DNA of 59,367 nucleotides, taken from a virus (Duplodnaviria > Caudoviricetes). Positions within the stretch are counted from its first letter, which is position 1; each line of letters begins with the position of its first letter. The notes beneath the pieces are model-generated. The model was not told the DNA's origin. It worked only from the letters and a program-made list of their open reading frames with translations, and made no database searches. The stretch is taken from IMG/VR virus record IMGVR_UViG_3300037419_001059, positions 1-59,367 of that record; one strand, given 5' to 3'. Positions 45,183 through 54,598 of this stretch are shown here, one piece after another. The position numbers and the translations under genes were made by a program.

Positions 45183-45428
45183 ATGAAGTGTGTGCTCAAA
45201 CGGTACTTGGAGTCAGGTCCCTTCGTGGAGCTGCTGGACGTGCCGGGCGACCCGGATCAGATCGTGATCGTGTTCGACACCGGGAACGAGCACAAGCGCG
45301 TGCGGATGCCCCGTGAGGGCGTAGAGGCCGAACCGCCCTCCCCTGGCGACATCGTGATCGAGGGGCCGCTACGCGTCGAGTGGATGAGCCCCGACGAGTA
45401 CAACAAGTATTACGACGAGTTCGAGTGA
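45183..45428 (+). CDS. Small acidic protein under putative SOS control
   Basis: 81 aa, GGGAG upstream, PGDIVI...EYNKYY C-terminus. Confidence 0.6.
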   Translation: MKCVLKRYLESGPFVELLDVPGDPDQIVIVFDTGNEHKRVRMPREGVEAEPPSPGDIVIEGPLRVEWMSPDEYNKYYDEFE

Positions 45429-45603
45429 TACGGGTCGGCACACGCGCCGAGGCTACTCGCAAGAGTGAGCAGGCCCGGCGCAAAGTACAGGCGAGGATGC
45501 AGAGCGATCACGAGGGTAACGAACACTTGACTGTAGTTCGTCGGGAGCCTAGACGATCCGGGTGAGGCGTGTCGCCCGATGCGCTGCACATGCGTGGAAG
45601 ACT

Positions 45604-45632
45604 GGCCCGTGGCACCACCCACGGGCCTTTTT
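45604..45632 (+). terminator. Intrinsic terminator
   Basis: GGCCCGTGG-loop-CCACGGGCC followed by TTTTT. Confidence 0.75.
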
Positions 45633-45689
45633 GTTGATCCACGGATCAACAGGTGGTATTGGTCGGCAGCTCTATTGGAGGTTGCCGGT

Positions 45690-47228
45690 ATGCGCCGCGC
45701 GTTATTCTTACTCCCGCTGTTCATCGCAAGTCACGCGATGGCGTACGACCCGACGAAGGCGGATCGGTATCCGTCGCCAGATATGTATCGGCCGAACGTC
45801 GATAGCGTTATCGTCCGTGGCAATAGTTCATCGGGCGACATATCGAACATGAGCGTCGTGCCGAGCAGCAGCGCTCCGGCTGGTACGCTCGCGAACACGA
45901 TCTTCGGACTATCGAACGCGGTCACGGGCTTGGCGCCCTTGAACAACCCGCAGTTCACAGGGGTCGTGAACGCGCCGTCGCTCAATTTGAGTGGGACTGG
46001 ATCGACGGGTGACTTGTCATCCACCAGCGTCCTGTTCAACGGCATCTCACGCACATTGCTGGACACCATATCGGAACGTCCGTCAGTGGTCTTCTACGGC
46101 GTCGATATGACCGGCGTTGCCGACAGTACGGCGGCGTTCACGGCGGCGCTCAATTCCGGCAAGCATGTCACCGCCCCGTGCGGCACCATCCGCCTCGTCG
46201 GTCGCGTGGACATCACCACCCCCGCCGACTTCTCGGGTGCTGGACCCTGCACGCTCATTAAGAACGATGCGCCTGCCGGCTCGGCGGCCGACCGCGTAAT
46301 CAATGTCATGCCAAGTGCAGTCGGGACTCGTCTAGACAACTTCGCCCTGACGCAGCAGACTAGCATCAAGAATTTTATTCCGACGACGGCGTGCGGTGGC
46401 ACCATAATCTGCGGCGCTGCGATCCTTGTCCAGGCAGACGACACACTCATTACCAAAGCTACGATTTCGGACAGTTACGACAACTGCCTCGCGTTTGGGC
46501 AGCTCGACTCTAATCAGACGACCTACGTGCCGGGGAAGCCGCGAGGCGTGGGGTATGAGCACATTCGGACAAGCGGCTGTGGGTTCAGCCCGCGTCGCGA
46601 GGCCGCCGGCATCGACGTGGGGACTGCCTCGAACGCACACGGCAACGACCATATCGACGTGGGCTCATCCGCTGCCTGGATCTTGGACGTTGGTGCCGGC
46701 GCCAATGGCAATTTCTCCAACCACACTGCCATCAATACACCGTGTGCCCCTGCCGACGGCGGCAGCAACGGTCGGTCTCAGAGCTTCTATGTTGGCGGCA
46801 GCGATGCGCTACTGACCAATTTTACCACCGTTACGCCGTGCGACCGGGGTTGGTTTATCGACGCCCCCGTCCACAACCTCGTGATCAACAACTACTTGGT
46901 CAAGGCACCGGGCAAAGAGGCTATGTTCGTGCGGGCGAGTAGCTCAGTCCTGTCCAATGGCATCATAGACAGCCCAGGTTTTGGAAGTACATCCGGTACC
47001 TTCGCGGGTGTTTATATCGACACCAGTGCCGGTGCTATTACCGGGCTGTATTTCAACGGACTTGGGTTCCATAATGCCAATGGCACACAGGCTAGCCAAG
47101 GCTTGTTTTACCTTGGCAGCGGTAGCTTAGACGGTGCGGCTACAGTTACTGACACGACAGGTGTGGCGTCGATCGCGGCGGTGCCATCCACGTTCAAGGT
47201 GATTCAGCCGCGCAACTACCCGAATTGA
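45690..47228 (+). CDS. Pectate-lyase-like parallel beta-helix (tailspike/depolymerase-like) protein with N-terminal signal peptide
   Basis: Start ATG 45690 after GGAGG. MRRALFLLPLFIASHAMA leader. VVFYGVDMTGVADSTAAFTAALNSG beta-helix cap motif. Confidence 0.65.
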   Translation: MRRALFLLPLFIASHAMAYDPTKADRYPSPDMYRPNVDSVIVRGNSSSGDISNMSVVPSSSAPAGTLANTIFGLSNAVTGLAPLNNPQFTGVVNAPSLNLSGTGSTGDLSSTSVLFNGISRTLLDTISERPSVVFYGVDMTGVADSTAAFTAALNSGKHVTAPCGTIRLVGRVDITTPADFSGAGPCTLIKNDAPAGSAADRVINVMPSAVGTRLDNFALTQQTSIKNFIPTTACGGTIICGAAILVQADDTLITKATISDSYDNCLAFGQLDSNQTTYVPGKPRGVGYEHIRTSGCGFSPRREAAGIDVGTASNAHGNDHIDVGSSAAWILDVGAGANGNFSNHTAINTPCAPADGGSNGRSQSFYVGGSDALLTNFTTVTPCDRGWFIDAPVHNLVINNYLVKAPGKEAMFVRASSSVLSNGIIDSPGFGSTSGTFAGVYIDTSAGAITGLYFNGLGFHNANGTQASQGLFYLGSGSLDGAATVTDTTGVASIAAVPSTFKVIQPRNYPN

Positions 47229-47235
47229 ACCAGTA

Positions 47236-48711
47236 TCAAGTCCAGCCACCTACAGAAACGCGGCGCCTCGGTGCCGCGTTCACGCGTACATTGCGCAGTA
47301 GCTGCGCCGCGATGTACTCGCCCAAGCCGCTGCCGGTCGCGAGGCAGACGTATTGCAGGGCGTCCACGATATCCGACCACGGGTGCTTCTTCTCGGGCAG
47401 CGGCGCGAGCTGGCCGTTGCGGCGCTTGGCGTAGCGGTACTCGATGGACAGAGCCCGCACGAGCGTCGGGCAGCGCTTCTCATCGATCAGGATGCTCGGG
47501 CCGTCCGCGTAGTCGTTGAGGAAGTAGCCCTCGACCGCCGCGAGCCGCTTATCGATGTCGTTCGTCGGCGCCGGGTAGGCGCGGATGTTCTCGCTCTGTA
47601 GGTACTCGAACGGGCTCTGATCGAACACCTGTCCCTGCTGATTGCCGGACGGATCACCGATCACGTAGAACGGCATGCCGGCGTAGCGCGGGCTGAGCAG
47701 CAGCGGGCGCAGGTTGTCGGCCACATGCTGACGCAGGCCCATGTTGGCCGCGATCAGCTCCTCCAGCACCAGCAGACGCTCACGGGCGTCCACCTGACAG
47801 ACGAGCGCGCAGGGGTTGCGGCCGAAGTCCTGGGGGATGATCAGCGGCCGACCACGCACCGGGCGCAGCTCCTCCACGATGTGCTTGGCGCCCTCGAACG
47901 AGTTGACGAACACAGTCTGGCCGGACGGGTCGGCGCCGTACTTGGCGTGCACGTAGCGGTCGCACCAGTCCTTGCCCCGGCCGCCTTCCACGAGGTTGCG
48001 GTAGTAGTTGCGCCCCTGCTCGCGTCGCCTGGGGTCGTCGGTGGGCAGCTTAAGGGTCTCAGCGGTCTGTGTCAGCCACTCAAGATTCTCGGCGTCCTCG
48101 TCCAGGCCGCCCGGCTGAATGAACACGTCCCAGCTCTTGGGCTTGTCGAGCGCCATCATGCGGTGCCAGTCCGAGCCGCGCGAGGGCATGTTGGTGTCGG
48201 CGATGATGCCGAACCACGTACAGCCGCCCTGGGCACCTGACGGGTAGCGCCCGCAGCGGCCGGCGATGGCCTGCACGAGATCGACGCTGATGTTGATCGC
48301 CTCCGACATCCACGCGCCCGTGAGCTGCGACGACAGCAGGCGGTTCTGATCTTCGGGGTTCTCCAGCGGGATCAGGATCAGCTCGGAGAAGACACGGGTG
48401 CCGTCCGTCAGTGGGAGCTTGATGAAGATCGTCTTGGCCGATGGCTTCCAGTCCGCGATGGGGCCGAGCCATTGCAGCACGTCCTTGAGCACCGTGTCCT
48501 CAAGCTGGCGCAGGGTTTCGCGGACGATGGCGAACCGGGTGTAGCGCACCCCGTCCGGCGCGGGCCGCTGCTGGGCTGCCAGCCGCAGCAGTTCAAAAAT
48601 GCACCCCGTCGTCTTGCCGCTACCCACAGGGCCGGCGATGAGACGAAAGAACGCCGTGGAGCGCATGAACTCCGCGACCGTGGGCGGCGCGTCGAAGCGG
48701 ATGTTGAACAT
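47236..48711 (-). CDS. terL: Terminase large subunit
   Basis: IAGPVGSGKTT Walker A, WMSEA, DFGRNP, IGDPSG and SDIVDALQY nuclease motifs. Start ATG 48711 (TGATG). Confidence 0.9.
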   Translation of the reverse strand: MFNIRFDAPPTVAEFMRSTAFFRLIAGPVGSGKTTGCIFELLRLAAQQRPAPDGVRYTRFAIVRETLRQLEDTVLKDVLQWLGPIADWKPSAKTIFIKLPLTDGTRVFSELILIPLENPEDQNRLLSSQLTGAWMSEAINISVDLVQAIAGRCGRYPSGAQGGCTWFGIIADTNMPSRGSDWHRMMALDKPKSWDVFIQPGGLDEDAENLEWLTQTAETLKLPTDDPRRREQGRNYYRNLVEGGRGKDWCDRYVHAKYGADPSGQTVFVNSFEGAKHIVEELRPVRGRPLIIPQDFGRNPCALVCQVDARERLLVLEELIAANMGLRQHVADNLRPLLLSPRYAGMPFYVIGDPSGNQQGQVFDQSPFEYLQSENIRAYPAPTNDIDKRLAAVEGYFLNDYADGPSILIDEKRCPTLVRALSIEYRYAKRRNGQLAPLPEKKHPWSDIVDALQYVCLATGSGLGEYIAAQLLRNVRVNAAPRRRVSVGGWT

Positions 48712-48908
48712 CACAGCCGATCCGCAGCGGTTACGGTCGTGCTGATCCACGACCCGTCTTTGGTCGGCCCGGCGACGACCGCGCACACGTTGTCGTCAAT
48801 GTCGGGCTCGCCATGTGGCGTGATCCTTTGTGTGATCTCGACGTGTTCGCCGTCCTCAAGGATGACGACACCCTCGCTCAGATCGACCCGCCGCACGTTC
48901 GCAGACAT
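48711..48908 (-). CDS. Hypothetical protein between terS and terL
   Basis: 65 aa; the RBS comes from palindrome variant 48913. Confidence 0.6.
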   Translation of the reverse strand: MSANVRRVDLSEGVVILEDGEHVEITQRITPHGEPDIDDNVCAVVAGPTKDGSWISTTVTAADRL

Positions 48909-48928
48909 AATATTGCTCCATGGATCAA

Positions 48929-49459
48929 CTAAGCGTCTTCGGCTTCACGCGACAGCGAGCCTTCGATGGTCACGGCCTTGCGCTCGCGGGAGGAGTCCAT
49001 GTTGATGACGATGCTGACACCGCCCTCCCCCGTCCCGGTGCCGGCCGCCTTCTCGCCGATGCCGCCGCCGCGCATGAAGGTCTTCACCAGTTCGACCTTG
49101 CTGGGGGACAGGCCGTCCTTCTGAAGCTCGGCGAACAGCGCCGGCAGCGCCTGCTCCACCATGCTCTCCATCTTGGCCTTGATGCGCGTGGCGGCCGACG
49201 CCGTAGAGCCCCAGGCGATCAGCGCCTCTTGGTAGAGCGTCTGAAAGTTTGGCATCTTGACGATGCGGTCCAGATCAACCCGCGTCAGCCCGTGGTTGCG
49301 CAGGATGTTGTCCACCGTGTTGATGTCCATCGCCAGTTCCGCCGCGATGGACGTGAGCATGCGCTGATCGAGAGCGCGGTTAGCGAACGCCGTCGAGATC
49401 AATTTATCTTGCAACGCGCGTTCAATATCGAGCGCGTCGGGCGACGGTGAACTGCTCAT
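48929..49459 (-). CDS. terS: Putative terminase small subunit
   Basis: 176 aa, helical with a C-terminal VSIVIN strand; upstream of terL. Confidence 0.55.
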   Translation of the reverse strand: MSSSPSPDALDIERALQDKLISTAFANRALDQRMLTSIAAELAMDINTVDNILRNHGLTRVDLDRIVKMPNFQTLYQEALIAWGSTASAATRIKAKMESMVEQALPALFAELQKDGLSPSKVELVKTFMRGGGIGEKAAGTGTGEGGVSIVINMDSSRERKAVTIEGSLSREAEDA

Positions 49460-49535
49460 GGGTACTTGCCTATAGATTTATCCGCCGATACCATGTATTA
49501 GGCAGGCTTGCGAGATCTTTTGCGAGAATATCGAC

Positions 49536-51656
49536 TTGTCAGCGCTACAGGTCAACAGAGGCGGACTGATCCAGTCGATGTCTCCCGACGAGTTGTCGGA
49601 GAAGGAACGGCAGGATCGAGACGCCAAATACGGCCAGCCGCTTGAGGAGCAGGCGGCCTCGTCGCTCGCCGCCTATATCCAGCGCGTCTGGTACGTCATG
49701 CGCGACCACCGCTCGTCGCAGGCCGGGTGGAATAGACGCCTGATCGACGCGCAGCGGGCGTTCAACCGCGAGTACAGCCCGCAGAAGCTCTCGGAGATTC
49801 GCGAGTTCTCCGGCTCCGAGGTGTACGCCGGCATGGTCGCCACCAAGTGCCGGGGGGCCACGGCGCTGCTGCGCGAGGTGTACCTTGACGTGGGCCGCCC
49901 CTGGGGCCTGGACCCGACGCCGGAGCCGACGCTGCCCGAGCCCATCCAGCAGGCCATACAGGAGCTGGTTGAGGCCGAGGTGCGCCAGTTGGTGGCATCC
50001 GGCCAGCAGATCGACCCGATGGCGATACAGGACCGCCTACAGGGGCTGGTGGACCACGCCCTGGCGGCGGGCAAGCGCAAGGCCAGGGAACAGGCCGAGC
50101 GCGCCGAGGACGCGGTTGACGATTACCTCGTGGAGGGCGGGTTCTACGAAGCCCTCGCCGACTTCCTCGTGCATCTGCCGATCTTCCCGTTCGCCTGCAT
50201 GAAGGGGCCAGTGGTCCGCGTGGTGCCGAGCGTGAAATGGACGCCGACGCCGCAGGGTCCGAAGGCGCTGCAACAGAACACCGCCAAGATGTTCTGGAGC
50301 TGCGTCAGCCCCTTCGACATCTATTTCACGCCGGGCGTCAGCGACATCCGCGACGGCGACGTGATCGAGATCAATCGGTTCACACGCGCGGACCTCAATT
50401 CGCTCATCGGCGTGCCGGGCTACGTCGAGGAGAACATCCGCGCCGTGCTGCGAGACTATGGCACGCGAGGCTGGAAAAGTTGGACGGACCCGACCGACAG
50501 CGAGCGGGCCATCGGCGAGAACCGCGAGAGCCCGTCCACCAACCTCTCGGGCATCATCGACTGCATCGAGTTCCACGGCTCCGTGCAGGGCAAGCTGCTG
50601 CTGGAATGGGGGTTCACCGATGATGAGGTGGACGATCCCGATCTCGACTATTTCATCCAGGCGTGGATGATCGGGCGCTACGTCATCAAGGCGCAGATCC
50701 ACCCCTCCCCCAGGAAGCGTGCCCCCTACTTCGTTACCAGTTTTGAAAAAACGCCGGGCACCCCGGTCGGCAACGCCCTGCCCGACATCCTCGGGTCCAT
50801 CGAGGATGTGAGTAACGCCACGCTGCGCGCCATGGTCAACAACATGGCGATGTCGTCCGGCCCGCAGGTGGTGATCAACGATGACCGGCTGGCGGCCGGC
50901 GGCAACAGCGACGAGCTGTTCCCGTGGAAGCGCTGGCACACCCAGGACAACCCGCTGAACAGGGCGGCGTCGGGTCTGGCGCCGATCACGTTCTACCAGC
51001 CGAACGACAACAGTGCGCAATATTTCGCGATCTTTGAGCGCCTGACGGCGCTGGCCGACGACCTGTCGGCCATCCCGCGCTACGTCACGGGCGCGTCCAA
51101 CACGGGCGGCGGCGCTGGCCGTACTGCGTCGGGTCTGGCGATGTTGATGGGCAACGCCAACAAGATCCTCAAGAACGTCTGCGCGAACATCGACCGCGAC
51201 GTGATCGAGCCTCTGATCCAGATGCTCTACGACTTCCTGATGCTCACCGACCAGACCGGCATGTTCCGGGGCGACGAGAGCATTCAGGTTCGCGGCGTGC
51301 AGGTTGCCGTGCAGCGGGAGACGAACCGGCAGCGGCAGATGGAGCTGTTGCAGGCCACGAACAACCCGACAGACCTTCAGATCATGGGGCCGCTCGGGCG
51401 CCGGGCGCTCCTCTACGCCGTGTCCCAGGAAGTCGGCCTGCCGGGCGAGGAGATCGTGCCGACAGAGGACGAGCTGAAGGACAAGATGCAGCAGGCCGCC
51501 GTCGCCGCTCAGCAGCAGGCGCAGGTCGCGCAGCAACAGCAGATCGAGCAGGACGGGCAACGTTCGCTCGCGCCCCCGACAGGCGTCGCGCCGAAGGGGG
51601 CCAACACGGATCTCGGGCGGCCCGAGATGGCGACCACACAAGGGATGGTGAATTGA
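49536..51656 (+). CDS. Portal protein
   Basis: 706 aa; VSPFDIYF and GRTASGLAML motifs and a Gln-rich tail. First gene of the head module. Confidence 0.8.
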   Translation: MSALQVNRGGLIQSMSPDELSEKERQDRDAKYGQPLEEQAASSLAAYIQRVWYVMRDHRSSQAGWNRRLIDAQRAFNREYSPQKLSEIREFSGSEVYAGMVATKCRGATALLREVYLDVGRPWGLDPTPEPTLPEPIQQAIQELVEAEVRQLVASGQQIDPMAIQDRLQGLVDHALAAGKRKAREQAERAEDAVDDYLVEGGFYEALADFLVHLPIFPFACMKGPVVRVVPSVKWTPTPQGPKALQQNTAKMFWSCVSPFDIYFTPGVSDIRDGDVIEINRFTRADLNSLIGVPGYVEENIRAVLRDYGTRGWKSWTDPTDSERAIGENRESPSTNLSGIIDCIEFHGSVQGKLLLEWGFTDDEVDDPDLDYFIQAWMIGRYVIKAQIHPSPRKRAPYFVTSFEKTPGTPVGNALPDILGSIEDVSNATLRAMVNNMAMSSGPQVVINDDRLAAGGNSDELFPWKRWHTQDNPLNRAASGLAPITFYQPNDNSAQYFAIFERLTALADDLSAIPRYVTGASNTGGGAGRTASGLAMLMGNANKILKNVCANIDRDVIEPLIQMLYDFLMLTDQTGMFRGDESIQVRGVQVAVQRETNRQRQMELLQATNNPTDLQIMGPLGRRALLYAVSQEVGLPGEEIVPTEDELKDKMQQAAVAAQQQAQVAQQQQIEQDGQRSLAPPTGVAPKGANTDLGRPEMATTQGMVN

Positions 51657-51681
51657 TCCACGGATCAGAACGGAGGTTTTC

Positions 51682-51984
51682 ATGAAGACGATGCAGAACA
51701 AGTCGCTGGGCAAGAAGGCCGGCATTTCGCTCAAGGGCGGTGGCCCGAGCAACGTCGGCCACACCCAGCGCACCGGCCCGCAGGCCGAGGGCGTGACCGG
51801 TGTCAGCAAGGGGGCCTCGAACAGCAAGTTCGGTGTCACGCCGGGCGGCCGGGGCAGCATGACCCAGGGCTCGGCCGGAGCGGCTGTCGCCGGCCAGACC
51901 GGGCCAGGCAACTACGTCTACAAGAACACTAACCCCAAGCGCCGCAAGGGCGCCGGAGAGGACGACGCCGGCAACCCGCTGTGA
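51682..51984 (+). CDS. Small Gly/Lys-rich protein
   Basis: 100 aa, GGAGG RBS. Confidence 0.6.
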   Translation: MKTMQNKSLGKKAGISLKGGGPSNVGHTQRTGPQAEGVTGVSKGASNSKFGVTPGGRGSMTQGSAGAAVAGQTGPGNYVYKNTNPKRRKGAGEDDAGNPL

Positions 51985-52142
51985 TGCGCAAGCCCAAGCA
52001 GATCCGTGCCGCCGCGTCGAAAGGTGCGGCGGTCAAGCCCGTGACGGGCAAGCAGCCGCAGATCAGCTTCGGCAGGACCGGCGTCATCGACTTCGGTGTT
52101 GGCGGGTCCGGCAAGAAGCAGAAGCCGAGGAAGCCGAAGTGA
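51984..52142 (+). CDS. Small basic protein (52 aa, not in ORF track)
   Basis: MRKPKQIRAAASKGAAVKPVTGKQPQISFGRTGVIDFGVGGSGKKQKPRKPK. TGATG and GTGA overlaps. Confidence 0.55.
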   Translation: MRKPKQIRAAASKGAAVKPVTGKQPQISFGRTGVIDFGVGGSGKKQKPRKPK

Positions 52143-52411
52143 CCCCTGCCGAAGTCAAGAACGCACTGCTCACCGCAGCGGTGAAGATGAAGAAGACCGC
52201 CCCGCATGAGTGGGGCGTTTTTATTCAAGCCCTGTCCGCACAGGCCGAGATCGAAAATCAGAATTTACTCGGTGCCGATGCTGGTCATATCCTGCATGCA
52301 CAGGGGCGTGCTCTTGCTATGCAGGATCTTTGTATTAGCTTGGCGGACGCAGAACAGTCGTTGAGCCGTGGATCAAAAGATCAGCGGCGCCCGATGAACG
52401 GTGGAATTTGA
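52139..52411 (+). CDS. Small head-module protein
   Basis: 90 aa with an AQGRA motif; between the portal and scaffold genes. Confidence 0.6.
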   Translation: MTPAEVKNALLTAAVKMKKTAPHEWGVFIQALSAQAEIENQNLLGADAGHILHAQGRALAMQDLCISLADAEQSLSRGSKDQRRPMNGGI

Positions 52412-52412
52412 C

Positions 52413-53489
52413 ATGGCCCAGCTCGACACCAACGCACCCCTCGATACCAGCGTCGTCCCCCGCGCGCTCCGTGCCCGCGCCGCCGCTGCGGATCAGGCCC
52501 TGAAGAACATGCGCGAGGGCCGCGCGCCCGATCAGCCGGCCGAGCCGCCGGCCCAGGCCGCAGAGCAGCCCCAGGACGGCGAGCAGCGCCAGGACGCCCC
52601 TGCCCCGCCGGCCCAGCAGCCGACGCCGCCAGCGGCCAATTCTGAGGCCCCCAGGCAGGAGCAGCCGCCGGCATCCGCCGATGTGTGGGAGCAGCGCTAC
52701 CACTCGCTCAACGGCCAGTTCGCGCCGCTGCGGGAGGAGCTGCGCAACCTGCGCCAGGAGAACGATCAGCTCCGCGAGGCGGTGTCGAACTTGGAGCAGG
52801 CGCGGCCGAATGATAGCGCGCCGCCGGCCGAGGTGAAGCCGTTCGATGTCAGCGCGGTCCTGACCGACGCCGAGCGCGAAGAGTGGGGCGAAGATTTCGT
52901 CAGCATCCTCGACCGCGTGACCAAGGCCGCGACCGCGCCCCTTGAGGCTGAGAACAAGCGCCTCAAGAGTAAGATCGAGAACAGGGAACAGCACGAGCAG
53001 GTTCGGACCCGCGAACAGATGCACGCGTTACTCGACAAAGAGGTGCCGACTTGGGAGACGATCAATAACGAACCGGAGTTCGCCAGAGATTGGCTGGGCG
53101 TTGTTGATCAAGCCTCTGGACTAACCCGGAAGAAGTTGCTACAGAACGCCTATGCACGCAATGAAGCAACCCGCGTAGCGTGGTTCTTCAAGCAGTACCT
53201 GTCCGAGAAGGATGGGGCCTCGCCAGAGGCGCAGCGCGATCCGGGGCAAGGTAGAGCGGCGGCTCCCAAGTCCCTCGATCAATTCGCTGCACCGGGCAAG
53301 GGCAGGACGGCGAACGGTCAGCCCGCTGCGGCTGCCGGCGATGCGCGTCCCTTCAAACTCTCCGAATACACCAAGTTCCTGTCCGACAAGACCCACGGCC
53401 GCCTTCGCCTGACGACGGCCGAGATTCAGCAGCGTGAAGCCGCGATGGAGCAAGCCATCCGCGACGGCACGATGGACATGAGCGCCTAA
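52413..53489 (+). CDS. Capsid scaffolding protein
   Basis: Pro/Gln-rich N-terminus and coiled coils (WEQRYHSLNG), directly upstream of the major capsid gene. Confidence 0.7.
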   Translation: MAQLDTNAPLDTSVVPRALRARAAAADQALKNMREGRAPDQPAEPPAQAAEQPQDGEQRQDAPAPPAQQPTPPAANSEAPRQEQPPASADVWEQRYHSLNGQFAPLREELRNLRQENDQLREAVSNLEQARPNDSAPPAEVKPFDVSAVLTDAEREEWGEDFVSILDRVTKAATAPLEAENKRLKSKIENREQHEQVRTREQMHALLDKEVPTWETINNEPEFARDWLGVVDQASGLTRKKLLQNAYARNEATRVAWFFKQYLSEKDGASPEAQRDPGQGRAAAPKSLDQFAAPGKGRTANGQPAAAAGDARPFKLSEYTKFLSDKTHGRLRLTTAEIQQREAAMEQAIRDGTMDMSA

Positions 53490-53553
53490 CCCGCCGGACG
53501 AATTGATCCATGGATCAAGGCGCCGGTTCACTCCAGCGCCTTGAGAGGGCACG

Positions 53554-54531
53554 ATGTCGTTTCCGGTTTCCAACACTCCCTACGGCCTGAACGCGGTCTC
53601 CCCGAACCCGCCCTACTCCGGGACCTTCATCCCGGAGATCTGGAGCGCGAAGTTGCTGGAGAAGTTCTACGCCTCCACCGTGCTCGCGGCGATCTCGAAC
53701 ACGGACTACGAGGGCGAGATCTCGGCGTTCGGCGACAAGGTGAACATCCGCACCCGGCCGACGCTGACCATCAAGAACTACTCGGCTGATCAGCCGCTGG
53801 AGTTCGAGCGTCCGTCCGCCCCCATCGTCACTCTGCTCATCGACCGTGGCAAGTACTTCGGCGCCATCCTCGATGACGTGATGAAGAAGCAGATGGACAT
53901 CGATGTCATCGGCATGTGGACCGATGACGCGTCCCAGCAGATGAAGCTCCAGGTGGACCGTGATCTCCTGCTGTACATGCTCGGGAAGGCGGACGCGAAG
54001 AACCGGGGCGCGCTCGCTGGCGCGATCTCGGGCTCGCTCAATCTTGGTGTGACCGGGACCCCGGTCAACGTCGCCGCCCGAAACCCCGGTGCCGGCGAGA
54101 CCGACGTGATCGAGTACATCATGCGAATGGGGCAGGCTCTGGACGAGCAGAACATCCCCGAGGAGGGGCGGTGGCTCGTGGTGCCGGCGTGGTTCGGCTC
54201 GTACATCAAGCAGAGCGACCTGCGCAACGCCGGCCTGTCGGGTGACGACAAGTCGATGTTGAGAAATGGCCGGATGGGCATGATCGACCGGTTCTCGATC
54301 TACTCGTCCAACCTGCTGCCGACCGCCGCGACTGCGGGCGGCGGTCTGGCCGCAGGCGAGTACGTCGTCTACGCCGGGCACCGGCACGCGACCACCTTCG
54401 CGGCCCAGGTGTCCGAGATGGAGTCGATCCGCTCGGAGAGCACCTTCGGTGACATCATTCGCGGCCTCAACGTCTATGGGTTCAAGGTGCTGGACCCGAC
54501 GTGCTTGGTCGAGGGTATCGTCACCCAGTAA
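53554..54531 (+). CDS. Major capsid protein
   Basis: FIPEIWSAKLL...NTDYEGEI...GDKVNI...RGLNVYGFKVL motifs typical of P22/N4-type coat proteins. Confidence 0.9.
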   Translation: MSFPVSNTPYGLNAVSPNPPYSGTFIPEIWSAKLLEKFYASTVLAAISNTDYEGEISAFGDKVNIRTRPTLTIKNYSADQPLEFERPSAPIVTLLIDRGKYFGAILDDVMKKQMDIDVIGMWTDDASQQMKLQVDRDLLLYMLGKADAKNRGALAGAISGSLNLGVTGTPVNVAARNPGAGETDVIEYIMRMGQALDEQNIPEEGRWLVVPAWFGSYIKQSDLRNAGLSGDDKSMLRNGRMGMIDRFSIYSSNLLPTAATAGGGLAAGEYVVYAGHRHATTFAAQVSEMESIRSESTFGDIIRGLNVYGFKVLDPTCLVEGIVTQ

Positions 54532-54547
54532 TTGATCCATGGATCAA

Positions 54548-54579
54548 AACAGCCGCTGCCTTTCGAGGTGGCGGCTGTT
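54548..54579 (+). terminator. Hairpin after the capsid gene (UUCG loop)
   Basis: AACAGCCGCTGCCT-TTCG-AGGTGGCGGCTGTT. Confidence 0.55.
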
Positions 54580-54598
54580 GCCATGAGCGGAGCACACG

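Noticed and set aside
50037-51911. Long antisense/alternate-frame ORFs (e.g. 50037-51911, 42859-44334, 5436-6641, 32301-33545)
   Set aside because: These are shadows of real genes in GC-rich DNA, with no motifs or RBS.
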